Source of the DNA: Candidatus Micrarchaeota archaeon
GTDB lineage: Archaea > Micrarchaeota > Micrarchaeia > Anstonellales > Bilamarchaeaceae
NCBI GenBank assembly: GCA_040754495.1
Contig: JBFMCO010000062.1
Location: 1 to 33,260, forward strand
Reading direction: 5' to 3'
DNA: 33,260 bases
Under the pieces are notes generated by a model, which saw only the letters and a program-made list of their open reading frames with translations, was not told the origin of the DNA and searched no databases. This document shows positions 25,855 to 33,260 of this stretch, piece by piece (position 1 is the stretch's first letter; every line of letters starts with the position of its first letter). The position numbers were made by a program, and so were the translations under genes.

Positions 25855-26910
25855 TCATTCGCTGGGCTGGGCATCGGCCCTCGCTACCTTGAGCTGGAGG
25901 ACCTTCTTCTGCTGGCTGCTTATGTATCCCGGGCCGCGCCTCGGGTGGAATGCATGCGCCTCCGGCCTCCCGTTTCCCGCATCATGCCCCGCCATTGCCA
26001 TCCCGCCGCATCCCGCATCCGGACTCCAGGTAACCGGCACCGGGCTTCCTGAAGCACGGCTGGCCGTTTCCGGCCCTGGGCGGCGGATTGATGGTTCGCG
26101 GTTTTGATGCGGGCGGGGTTCATCAGCAGCCGTGTCCTCGTCCCTTGCGCGCGCAGGAAGCATTCCAGTGACGACGGCAATCCCGCTTCCGAGCGCGTTG
26201 CAAATGAGCGCCATCATGGCTGCGACCGGCTCCCTCGTGCCATCATCCTCTGCCGGCGAATCATGCTGCGGCCCGCCTGCATTGTCGTTGGAAGGCGCAC
26301 CCGCGATTAAAAGAGCGAATCCCTGCCCCGTAACGATGGCGGGAGCGGGTGCCTGCAATGCCCTGCTGGTTCCATGCACCTGCTCTTCCGTTACAGCATG
26401 CGGAGCCTGGAAGGATTGAGAACCAGCAGCATCCTGCCCGTGGTGCCAAGGCTCAAATTCGCATGCCTCTCCGGAGCTCAGGGGAAGATTCACGGGCGTG
26501 CGCTCCCGATGCACCGGGGCTTCAGCATGCGCTGGCTGCGCCCGGACATCCGCAGTGGCGACATTCCGGACAAAGCCATGGGGCGCCAATGCCTCCCTCC
26601 GACGTGATTTTGATGCCTCCGCGTGCGATTCAATCGCCCCCGAGAGCGGAGGGGCCCTGTGCTCCTCATGCATCGCGAAGAACGGTGTCCCCCTTCCTGA
26701 AGACATGTAATGGTTCCAGCGCATGCCTTCCGTGACCTGGCTAGCGCGGTTCCATTTCCCTACCGCGCCCTTCGCGTACCAGTATCCCCTCCACATGGAC
26801 CGGGATGACAAGTACGGCTTGAGAGCCTTGAAGACCTGCCTCTCCCTCTCGCGCCTGTGCATCCTCTCCTCCCGCGCCAGAGAGCTAGCCCTGAAACTGA
26901 GCTTTCTCAT
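25855..26910 (-). CDS. Hypothetical low-complexity protein
   Basis: Long ORF filling the gap. ATG 26910 lies ~24 nt after TTTAAAAG on the minus strand. Basic/aromatic N-terminus, Ala/Pro-rich remainder. Confidence 0.55.
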   Translation of the reverse strand: MRKLSFRASSLAREERMHRRERERQVFKALKPYLSSRSMWRGYWYAKGAVGKWNRASQVTEGMRWNHYMSSGRGTPFFAMHEEHRAPPLSGAIESHAEASKSRRREALAPHGFVRNVATADVRAQPAHAEAPVHRERTPVNLPLSSGEACEFEPWHHGQDAAGSQSFQAPHAVTEEQVHGTSRALQAPAPAIVTGQGFALLIAGAPSNDNAGGPQHDSPAEDDGTREPVAAMMALICNALGSGIAVVTGMLPARARDEDTAADEPRPHQNREPSIRRPGPETASRASGSPVPVTWSPDAGCGGMAMAGHDAGNGRPEAHAFHPRRGPGYISSQQKKVLQLKVARADAQPSE

Positions 26911-26978
26911 TGAATCCGTCAATGCCGGGCATGCTTTTAAACCTTGCCCCGACCCCTACGGTCAATGACGTAAATGCT

Positions 26979-27024
26979 CCGGGAACGGCGGGCGGCAGAG
27001 GGGTTTCGGGTTTCCGGTTCCCGG
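26979..27024. repeat. Heptamer triplet within a hairpin downstream of the recJ-like gene
   Basis: GTTTCGG GTTTCCG GTTCCCG at 27003-27023; CCGGGAAC (26979-26986) / GTTCCCGG (27017-27024) inverted repeat. Confidence 0.5.
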
Positions 27025-27041
27025 CAGGGTTCTGTAACCGG

Positions 27042-28394
27042 CTATCTTTTTCCGCCCAGATAATCCCCCGCGAATAGAAGGAACTCGTTGAGCTTTTCCT
27101 GCGGGATGGACGCGCCGGCCGCGACCTTGTGCCCGCCGCCGGCCCCGCCAAGGCTTGCCGTGGCTTCCTTCATGAGAAGGCCGAGGTTGGTCCCCTTTTC
27201 GATGAGGGCCCTCGCCGCCCTTCCTGAGACCTTTATCGTCCCATTGTCGCCCGAGGCCATGCCGATTATCGGCTTCTTCCAGCCCTGCTGCTGGACCATC
27301 CCGCACACCACGCCTATGATGCCCTCGTCTATGACGCCCCGCCCGTCGAGGAAATAGAACTTCCCGAAATCCTGCACGTGAGGGGCGGCGAAAGCGATGC
27401 CCTCGCGGAGCATCCTGCGGTGGTGCTGGAGCAGGCTTTGCGCCTCGGCCGCGGCCTCAGCGTCGCCAAGGCACACCCTTACCCCGACATCCGGCTTGCC
27501 GTGCCTGCCGCATGCGTTCAGGAGCGTGCTGAACTCGTTCGCCTCGTACGTCTCGTCCCTGGGCCTTTTGGGGAACACGTAGCTCTCGCCTATCAGGTCC
27601 TTCGCGGAATCAAGCCTGTTCGTGGAGATGAGAATCCTTGCAAGGGCGCTTATGAGCGAGCGCTTCTCATCGTCGCTAAGCTCGGAATAGGAGCGGAAGC
27701 CGCCCGTCCGGTCTCCCTTCCCGGATTCCGCGTCGGCCCTCTCCGTCTTTATTCCAACCTCCGCCAGCATTTCCCGTGCCCTGTCCTCGCGGTAGGATAT
27801 CCCGGGGATGTACGGGTCGTCGGAATACGCCAAAAACTGCACGAGCGGCCTGCAGTGCCTTCCGTAGAATCTGAGGTCCTCCTCGACCAGCACGTCACCG
27901 CTCTTCTCCCCCTCGCCCAGCACCCACCGGTTCATCCCGGACAGGGGATGCTGCATGTCGCCCACCGCCCCCACGACCGCCAGATCCGGATACTCCCTGA
28001 ATACGCAGTAGGCGGTCCCTGACGCGCTCAGCTCGCTTCCCCCGTCGATGCCGTGCAGGAGCGGATTGGCCTGCGGCTTCTCAATGCCTTCCGTCTGGTG
28101 GTGGTCTATGACGAGCGCGTCCTTGAGCTCGTTCACGCGCTTGTTCCCGCCGCCGAGGTCCACGAAGATGAGCTCCTTCTCGTGCAGGCAGCGCTCTATG
28201 GCCGTATCATCGAGCTTCTTGATGCACTCGCGCCGGAATTTTTTGTTCTGCCGCATGAACGAGCCTGCCACGATGGCGCCGGAGCTGAGGCCGTCGGCAT
28301 CGTAATGGTGCACAATCAGGGGGTCGCAAAACGAGAGCGCCACCTTCCTAATCTCGGCGCAGCTATCGAGGAACCCCTGCTCGTCGCGGCTCAT
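27042..28394 (-). CDS. DHH-family RecJ-like exonuclease (GAN/Cdc45-like) with DHHA1 domain
   Basis: HHYDADG, FVDLGGG, IDHH, ELSASG, VGAVGD, LLNACGR, SGRA and GGGHKVAAGA motifs. Confidence 0.92.
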   Translation of the reverse strand: MSRDEQGFLDSCAEIRKVALSFCDPLIVHHYDADGLSSGAIVAGSFMRQNKKFRRECIKKLDDTAIERCLHEKELIFVDLGGGNKRVNELKDALVIDHHQTEGIEKPQANPLLHGIDGGSELSASGTAYCVFREYPDLAVVGAVGDMQHPLSGMNRWVLGEGEKSGDVLVEEDLRFYGRHCRPLVQFLAYSDDPYIPGISYREDRAREMLAEVGIKTERADAESGKGDRTGGFRSYSELSDDEKRSLISALARILISTNRLDSAKDLIGESYVFPKRPRDETYEANEFSTLLNACGRHGKPDVGVRVCLGDAEAAAEAQSLLQHHRRMLREGIAFAAPHVQDFGKFYFLDGRGVIDEGIIGVVCGMVQQQGWKKPIIGMASGDNGTIKVSGRAARALIEKGTNLGLLMKEATASLGGAGGGHKVAAGASIPQEKLNEFLLFAGDYLGGKR

Positions 28395-28455
28395 GGCAGG
28401 ATACTTGTCCAGTAGTGCTTATGTGGTTTTCAGTTCGGAGTTCCGGGTCCTGTCA

Positions 28456-28546
28456 AGCCTGATTTCGCCACCTGAGCCGCGTCTTCTCTCGTCCCTGACC
28501 GCGGCTTCTGCTTCCGGCGCTCTGACGCAAGTGGCGAAGTCAGGCT
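28456..28546. repeat. Long intergenic inverted repeat / stem-loop
   Basis: AGCCTGATTTCGCCAC (28456-28471) / GTGGCGAAGTCAGGCT (28531-28546), 15 of 16 Watson-Crick plus one G-T. Inner stem AGCCGCG/CGCGGCT. Confidence 0.7.
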
Positions 28547-28585
28547 CAAGAACATTTAAAACTGATTTCATTCAATCCTTCACTG

Positions 28586-29104
28586 ATGGTACGGGAACAA
28601 CTCATCGAGCTCGCGCTCGAGATGGGCAAGGTGCTCGCAGCGATGGTCCTCTCGGCAGGTGCCCTCTACAGCGGCATGGGCGCCCTTGACCGGCTCACCT
28701 CCGGCATAGACGAGTGGAAGGAGGTAAAGAAGGGCAATCTGGCCATCGGCGCGGTCCTGGTGTCAGTCATGGCCGCCACCCTGCTCCTCGTGGAGCCGCG
28801 CGTCCGGGAGTTGGTGTTCGCGGTCAGCCTCGACCTCCCCGCCCTTTTCGTGCTCAAGCTCCTCATAGTATCCCTGCTCAACTACGTGCTCGGCCTGCTC
28901 GCCGCCATCTTCGTGGTCTTCCTGACGATAAACCTCGTAGACAGGCTGACCCGTGACATCGACGAGTTTTCCGAGCTCAAGAAGGGCAACCTGGCAGTGG
29001 GGCTCATACTTGCAGCGTCCATACTGCTCGTGGCGTTCGCGGTCAAGCCCTCTTTCGAATCGGCCTTCGAGGCATTGCAGGCTCTGGAGTCGCTTCTGGT
29101 ATGA
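28586..29104 (+). CDS. DUF350-like membrane protein (two internal repeats)
   Basis: Two repeats of DRLT..IDE..E.KKGNLA.G. TTTAAAA ~25 nt upstream. ATGA overlap with proS. Confidence 0.8.
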   Translation: MVREQLIELALEMGKVLAAMVLSAGALYSGMGALDRLTSGIDEWKEVKKGNLAIGAVLVSVMAATLLLVEPRVRELVFAVSLDLPALFVLKLLIVSLLNYVLGLLAAIFVVFLTINLVDRLTRDIDEFSELKKGNLAVGLILAASILLVAFAVKPSFESAFEALQALESLLV

Positions 29105-30537
29105 AACTGGACAAGTCGGATTTCTCGGGCTGGTACAACACCATTACCAAGGAGGCCCAGCTCTGCGACCTCCGCTACGGCATAAAGGGCTTCGTCGTCT
29201 TCATGCCGTGGGCCGTCCTGACCATGAACCGCATGTACGCCATGTACGAAGAAGCGGTGGAAGCCCGCGGCCATGTGCCTGCCCTCTTCCCCGCGCTGAT
29301 TCCGGAGACCTATTTCACCCGCGAGAGCGACCATGTCAAGGGGTTCGTGCCCGAGGTCTTCTGGGTTACGCACGCCGGAGCGCACCAGACCGAGGAGCGC
29401 TACGCCATGAGGCCGACCAGCGAGACGGCCATGTACTCCATGTACGCCCTGTGGATTCACGGGACGCGCGACCTGCCTCTCAAGATTTACCAGCGCTGCC
29501 AGGTGTGGAGGCACGAGACGAAGGCCACGAAGCCCTTCATCCGGAGCAGGGAGTTCCACTGGCTCGAGGCGCACGACTGCTTCGCCACGCGCGAGGAGGC
29601 GATGGCGCAGGTCAGGCAGGACATGGAGATGGCCGAGGAGGTCATACACGGCTGGTTCGGCGTGCCCTTCCTATTCTTCCAGAGGCCGCAGTGGGACAAG
29701 TTCGCCGGAGCCGAGGACACATACGCCGCGGACACGCTGATGCCCGACGGGCGCGCGCTCCAGCTCCCCTCGACCCACATGCTCGGCCAGCACTTCTCGA
29801 AGGCGTTCGGGATAAAATACACCGATGAGCGGGGGCAGGAGCAGTACGTCTGGCAGACCTGCTACGGCCCCTGCATATCCAGGATTTACGCGGCCGTGAT
29901 AGCTACTCACGGAGATGACAAGGGGCTGATGTTCCCGGTCCGGCTCGCGCCGGTGCAGGTCGTCATAGTGCCGATAATAAAGGAGGACACGCGCGAGAAG
30001 GTCCTCGAGGCGTGCCGCGAGGTCGGGAAGCGCATCGGCTGCTGCTTCGTGGTCAAGATTGACGATTCGGACCGCACGCCCGGCTTCAAGTTCAACGAAT
30101 GGGAGATGAAGGGCGTCCCGTTCAGGATTGAAATCGGGATGCGCGACATCCAGGACGGCTCCGTTATCGTGGCCCGCCGCGACACCGGCGAGAAGCTCAA
30201 GGTGAAGATGGAGGAGCTTGATTCGTTGCTTGGCGAGCTCGCCCGCTCGCACGACGACAACCTCCGGGTGAAGGCTGACAAGTGGTTCTCGGACAAGCTC
30301 TCTTTCGCAGACGGCCTGGACGAGCTGGGGAAGAAGCTCGACCTCCACGGGTTCGTGAGGGTGCCCTTCTGCAGCGACCGCATGGAAAGCGAGAACTGCG
30401 CAGGCGTCGTGAAGGAAAAGCACCAGGCGAACATCCGCGGCTCGCTTTTCGGCTCGGACGCGAAGCCTGAGGGCAAGAAATGCATCGCCTGCGGCGCGCC
30501 GGCAACGATATACGTCTATGCGGCGAGGCAGTATTAG
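29101..30537 (+). CDS. proS: Prolyl-tRNA synthetase, archaeal/eukaryotic type
   Basis: FSGWY, RPTSET, WRHE, FIRSREF, QTCYG, anticodon domain, C-terminal Zn-binding Cys (C...C, CIAC) and terminal ARQY. Confidence 0.97.
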   Translation: MKLDKSDFSGWYNTITKEAQLCDLRYGIKGFVVFMPWAVLTMNRMYAMYEEAVEARGHVPALFPALIPETYFTRESDHVKGFVPEVFWVTHAGAHQTEERYAMRPTSETAMYSMYALWIHGTRDLPLKIYQRCQVWRHETKATKPFIRSREFHWLEAHDCFATREEAMAQVRQDMEMAEEVIHGWFGVPFLFFQRPQWDKFAGAEDTYAADTLMPDGRALQLPSTHMLGQHFSKAFGIKYTDERGQEQYVWQTCYGPCISRIYAAVIATHGDDKGLMFPVRLAPVQVVIVPIIKEDTREKVLEACREVGKRIGCCFVVKIDDSDRTPGFKFNEWEMKGVPFRIEIGMRDIQDGSVIVARRDTGEKLKVKMEELDSLLGELARSHDDNLRVKADKWFSDKLSFADGLDELGKKLDLHGFVRVPFCSDRMESENCAGVVKEKHQANIRGSLFGSDAKPEGKKCIACGAPATIYVYAARQY

Positions 30538-30547
30538 CTTGCCTCGC

Positions 30548-30736
30548 TTATCGTTCGGCCCGGACAACCTCGCTCCTGCCCTTTTCATCGTCGTTGCCGC
30601 GCACTGATGACTGGACCGTCCTCCCCTGCTCAATCCTGTCCGGAGCCGGCTCCTCCAGTTTGAACCTTCCCGTGTTGGCCGGGCGCACGTTTCCCCGGTT
30701 CATCACCCTGCTGCACGCTGGCTCTTCAAATCTCAT
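30548..30736 (-). CDS. Small hypothetical protein (62 aa)
   Basis: Fills the gap after proS. ATG lies ~24 nt from TTTAAAA (30761-30767) read on the minus strand. Confidence 0.4.
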   Translation of the reverse strand: MRFEEPACSRVMNRGNVRPANTGRFKLEEPAPDRIEQGRTVQSSVRGNDDEKGRSEVVRAER

Positions 30737-30800
30737 GTCCGGTTATGGCCCCGGATGGGTTTAAAATTCTCCTCTGCCATCAGGAAGACCGGTGGATTGG

Positions 30801-31415
30801 ATGTTCGTTGATTTCTTCAAGGAATACCTGGCTGCGGTGAAAGCCGGGGACATGGGGTTCATCAGGGACGTTTATTCCGACTGGTTCGCTTCTGCCGGCG
30901 TGCCCGGCAATCTTGACGATTTCCTGAAAGCCGGCATGCCGGACCTGAAGAAGGCCGCGGAAGGCGCGCTCGCGAAGGAGGAGTGCTTCGGGCCCTTCTG
31001 CATCGCGCACATGAAGGACGACTCAGGCGAGTACTCGCTCACGTTCAGGAAGAAGGGGGACTCGTGGATTTTCTACAACGAGCGCACGAACTTCTCGAAA
31101 TTCGGCAACGTCTATGCGATTTCCTATTCCGTGAAGGGCAGCGGCAGGCTCAGGATTTATTTCAACGGGAAGCGCTCGCCATTCGTGGCGGACATCCAGC
31201 CCGGGCACGAGGGGTTCGTTTCTCTCATAAACTCCGCGCTTGCCATCGGGGAGAACGAGCTTACGCTCGATTCCCTGGACCGCGTCCCGCTCGAGGTTTC
31301 AATCAGGGTAAGCAGCGCAAAGCCGGGCGGCGTCATTGACAGCGCTCAGGGCGACGTGCTGGCATGGGAAGGGAAAGTCGAGGACCCGGTCAGGGTCTCC
31401 TTCAAGGCCGGATGA
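30801..31415 (+). CDS. Hypothetical protein (helical N-terminal region plus beta-rich domain)
   Basis: ORF of ~204 codons. ATG 30801 is preceded by GGTGGA; GTG 30792 is an alternative start. Confidence 0.7.
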   Translation: MFVDFFKEYLAAVKAGDMGFIRDVYSDWFASAGVPGNLDDFLKAGMPDLKKAAEGALAKEECFGPFCIAHMKDDSGEYSLTFRKKGDSWIFYNERTNFSKFGNVYAISYSVKGSGRLRIYFNGKRSPFVADIQPGHEGFVSLINSALAIGENELTLDSLDRVPLEVSIRVSSAKPGGVIDSAQGDVLAWEGKVEDPVRVSFKAG

Positions 31416-31494
31416 ACTCGCAGATGGGCCGGCCCACATGCCCCAGGCCGCAAAATATTAATACGCCCGCCGTCCCCCGGTGTCCGGGGATGAT

Positions 31495-32175
31495 ATGGGG
31501 GGTCTTGCACTTCTGCTTTTGTTGGGCCTCGGCTTCGCCCAGGTCGTCGAGGCTGATATTGTTGAAGAGAAGGATACGGGTGCGGAAGCCGCACCCGCGC
31601 TTGTTGCCGCGCTCTGGCTCGACTGCGAAAGCGGAAACGCAACGCTGACCCTGAGCTCGAACGGCTCGCGCGTCGAAGGCGCGACCGTGTTCCTGTTCCG
31701 CGCGGATTCGGCCTACAAGCTGCTTGCGCGCTCATCGACCGACGAGGAAGGCGTTTCGACCGTCCGGCCCCAGGGCAAAACCCCGTACCTGAACGACCTT
31801 TACATACTGCGGATTGAGAAAAGCGGGTTCAGGACGAAGGAAATCGAATTCACGTTCTGGAACTGCGGGGACGTCGTCCGCGAGTTTTCCGAGTATTCCC
31901 TGCCGGAGGAACAGCCGGAGCACTCGGCCGCATTTGCCAACGAGACTGCCCCGGCTCCCATCAACGGACTTCCCGCGCCGCAGGAAAACGCCGTTGCGGA
32001 GGTCTCCGGCCCATTCCCCGAGCCGGCGCCCGGGCCCGGCGTTGCCGAGCCTGCTCCTTCCTCGACCTGCATAGCCCTGCCGGCCATGCTGCTGGCGGCG
32101 TTTGGTTACGTTAATAAACCTAAGTATACTAAAAAATACTTATGTATACTACAATCAAAGTCTCCGAAGAGCTAA
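31495..32175 (+). CDS. Secreted/surface protein with C-terminal hydrophobic anchor
   Basis: Signal peptide (MGGLALLLLLGLGFAQ), beta-sandwich-like region (ATVFLF...STDEEG...YILRIEKSGF), Pro/Ala linker, CIALPAMLLAAFG. The 3' end overlaps the antitoxin promoter and start. Confidence 0.72.
   Translation: MGGLALLLLLGLGFAQVVEADIVEEKDTGAEAAPALVAALWLDCESGNATLTLSSNGSRVEGATVFLFRADSAYKLLARSSTDEEGVSTVRPQGKTPYLNDLYILRIEKSGFRTKEIEFTFWNCGDVVREFSEYSLPEEQPEHSAAFANETAPAPINGLPAPQENAVAEVSGPFPEPAPGPGVAEPAPSSTCIALPAMLLAAFGYVNKPKYTKKYLCILQSKSPKS
32123..32150. promoter_or_regulatory. Putative TA autoregulation operator
   Basis: Perfect palindrome AGTATACT (32123-32130) and near copy TGTATACT (32143-32150) spaced 20 bp, flanking the antitoxin ATG. 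Confidence 0.5.
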
Positions 32176-32363
32176 AGAGGAAGCTTGACGACATGAAAAT
32201 ACTCGATAGTGAAACCTACGAGGAGGTAATAGAGGACCTTATAGAAGACCATCTCAGTCTCAACCCTAAATTTGCCGAATCCGTGGAGCAGGCAAGGAAA
32301 GAAATCAAGGAGGGGAAGTCCATAACACTGGCGCAACTCAAGGGACGGATGAAGCATGTATAA
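32142..32363 (+). CDS. Type II antitoxin, ribbon-helix-helix (RelB-like)
   Basis: MYTTIKVSEELKRKL RHH start and acidic C-terminal ...EIKEGKSITL. Overlaps the toxin start. Confidence 0.82.
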   Translation: MYTTIKVSEELKRKLDDMKILDSETYEEVIEDLIEDHLSLNPKFAESVEQARKEIKEGKSITLAQLKGRMKHV

Positions 32364-32607
32364 CGTGTTGTTCTCGAAGTCAGCCGAGAGGGATTTCTTT
32401 GCCCAGACAACCGAGGTGCAGGGCCGTGTGGCGGGTGTTCTGGAAAGGATATCCATCCAGCCATACCGGTATGTACGGAAACTGTCTGGGACGGACGTCT
32501 ACCGCCTCCGTGTAGGGAAATTCCGGATAATCCTTGATATAAACGAGGAATCGAAAACTATCGAAGTTCTCCGAATTGGGAAAAGGGACGAAATCTATCT
32601 TTTTTAG
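32356..32607 (+). CDS. relE: RelE/ParE-family type II toxin
   Basis: YNVLFSKSAERDF...VRKLSGTDVYRLRVGKFRIILDI...IEVLRIGKRDEIY. Confidence 0.9.
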   Translation: MYNVLFSKSAERDFFAQTTEVQGRVAGVLERISIQPYRYVRKLSGTDVYRLRVGKFRIILDINEESKTIEVLRIGKRDEIYLF

Positions 32608-33146
32608 CGCTTGACGCTCATCGCTATCCCGTCGCTGATGGGCACAATCGTGCTCTCCGCCTTTTCGTAGCCCTGCAGGAACCTGCGGAACTCCCTGAGC
32701 TCTTTTGTGCCCCAGAGGGCGTTGTCGGTAAGGACCACGCCGTTTTTCCTGAGCAGGCGGATGCAGTCGTCGAAGACCCCCTTATACTCGTCCTTCTCGA
32801 TGTCGAGGAGAACGAGGTCGAACCTCTGCTTCCCCGCGACGAGTTTTTTGAGCACGTTGCGTGCATCCCCTTCTATCAGCGTTATGTTTTTGGCCCCGGC
32901 TTTTTTGAAGTTCCGCCTTGCCTCAGCGGCAAGTTCCGGGTCGCGCTCCACGGTAACGACTTTCCCCCCGCTCCCTACGGCCCTGGAGAACGTGAGCGCT
33001 GAATAGCCGACAAGCGTCCCGAGGTCAAGGACTTTTTTGGCCCCGATGGCCCTTGCGACAAGGTAGTCGAATTTGCCCTTGTGCGGGCCGACTATGGGAA
33101 GGAAACGCGCGCCTTTCGCGGCCTCTTTTTCTATTTCATAGTCTAG
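32604..33146 (-). pseudogene. Class I SAM-dependent O-methyltransferase, 5' end missing
   Basis: In-frame upstream of the GTG-32951 ORF reads YEIEKEAAKGARFLPIVGPHKGK...AKKVLDLGTLVGYSA (motif I), then VERD, DLVLLDIEK, LTDNALW. No ATG/GTG/TTG in frame between 32952 and the in-frame stop at 33191-33189. Similarity ends near CTAG at 33143-33146. Confidence 0.75.
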
Positions 33147-33260
33147 GACAAAATTAGACGAACTTTTATAAATTGTCCTCCGTAGATACTATCTATGGTC
33201 TGGCATCTACCAAAAGGAGATGAATTCCTCCCCAAAATATCCGTTGAAGAGTTAAGGCAA
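33145..33260 (+). mobile_element. Left end of a probable IS630-family insertion sequence
   Basis: AT-rich segment starting at a TA within CTAG, with internal IR AGGACAA/TTGTCCT, a TATA (CTTTTATAAA) and the start of a transposase-like ORF. The right end is outside the window. Confidence 0.55.
33195..33260 (+). CDS. Transposase N-terminus (IS630-like), 3'-truncated by window edge
   Basis: MVWHLPKGDEFLPKISVEELRQ resembles, from memory, N-termini of archaeal IS630-like wHTH transposases. Only 22 codons are visible. Confidence 0.55.
   Translation, partial: MVWHLPKGDEFLPKISVEELRQ

Noticed and set aside
31475-31489. 6-bp hairpin over the RBS region of the gene at 31495
   Set aside because: Short GC stem that is expected by chance at this GC content.

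Overview
GC-rich archaeal chromosomal window. Evidence: class I LysRS, archaeal-type ThrRS and ProRS, FEN1 with PIP box, aMBF1, DHH/RecJ, TATA boxes and a 5S rRNA gene with no 16S/23S nearby. The many short secreted Cys-rich proteins and orphans suggest a DPANN lineage such as Micrarchaeota (inference only). Most of the window is housekeeping: purM, thrS, fen, tsaC/sua5, lysS, rsmA, grpE-dnaK-dnaJ, recJ-like, proS. The right end is accessory: a RelBE-like toxin-antitoxin pair and the left end of a probable IS630-family element that appears to have removed the 5' end of an O-methyltransferase gene. The most unusual signal is a ~200-nt non-coding, highly structured segment just after the 5S rRNA (16391-16586), with two diverged copies of a hairpin module showing compensatory base changes. 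Other notable signals: dispersed heptamer-triplet palindromes; repeated divergent gene pairs centred on one TATA box; an elaborated Hsp70 operon (possible ACG start for grpE, a 39-aa sORF, a mini J-domain protein, a divergent HTH regulator); a probably nuclease-dead LAGLIDADG protein; and a PSI-repeat surface protein. All calls come from reading the sequence and motifs; no database searches were run.
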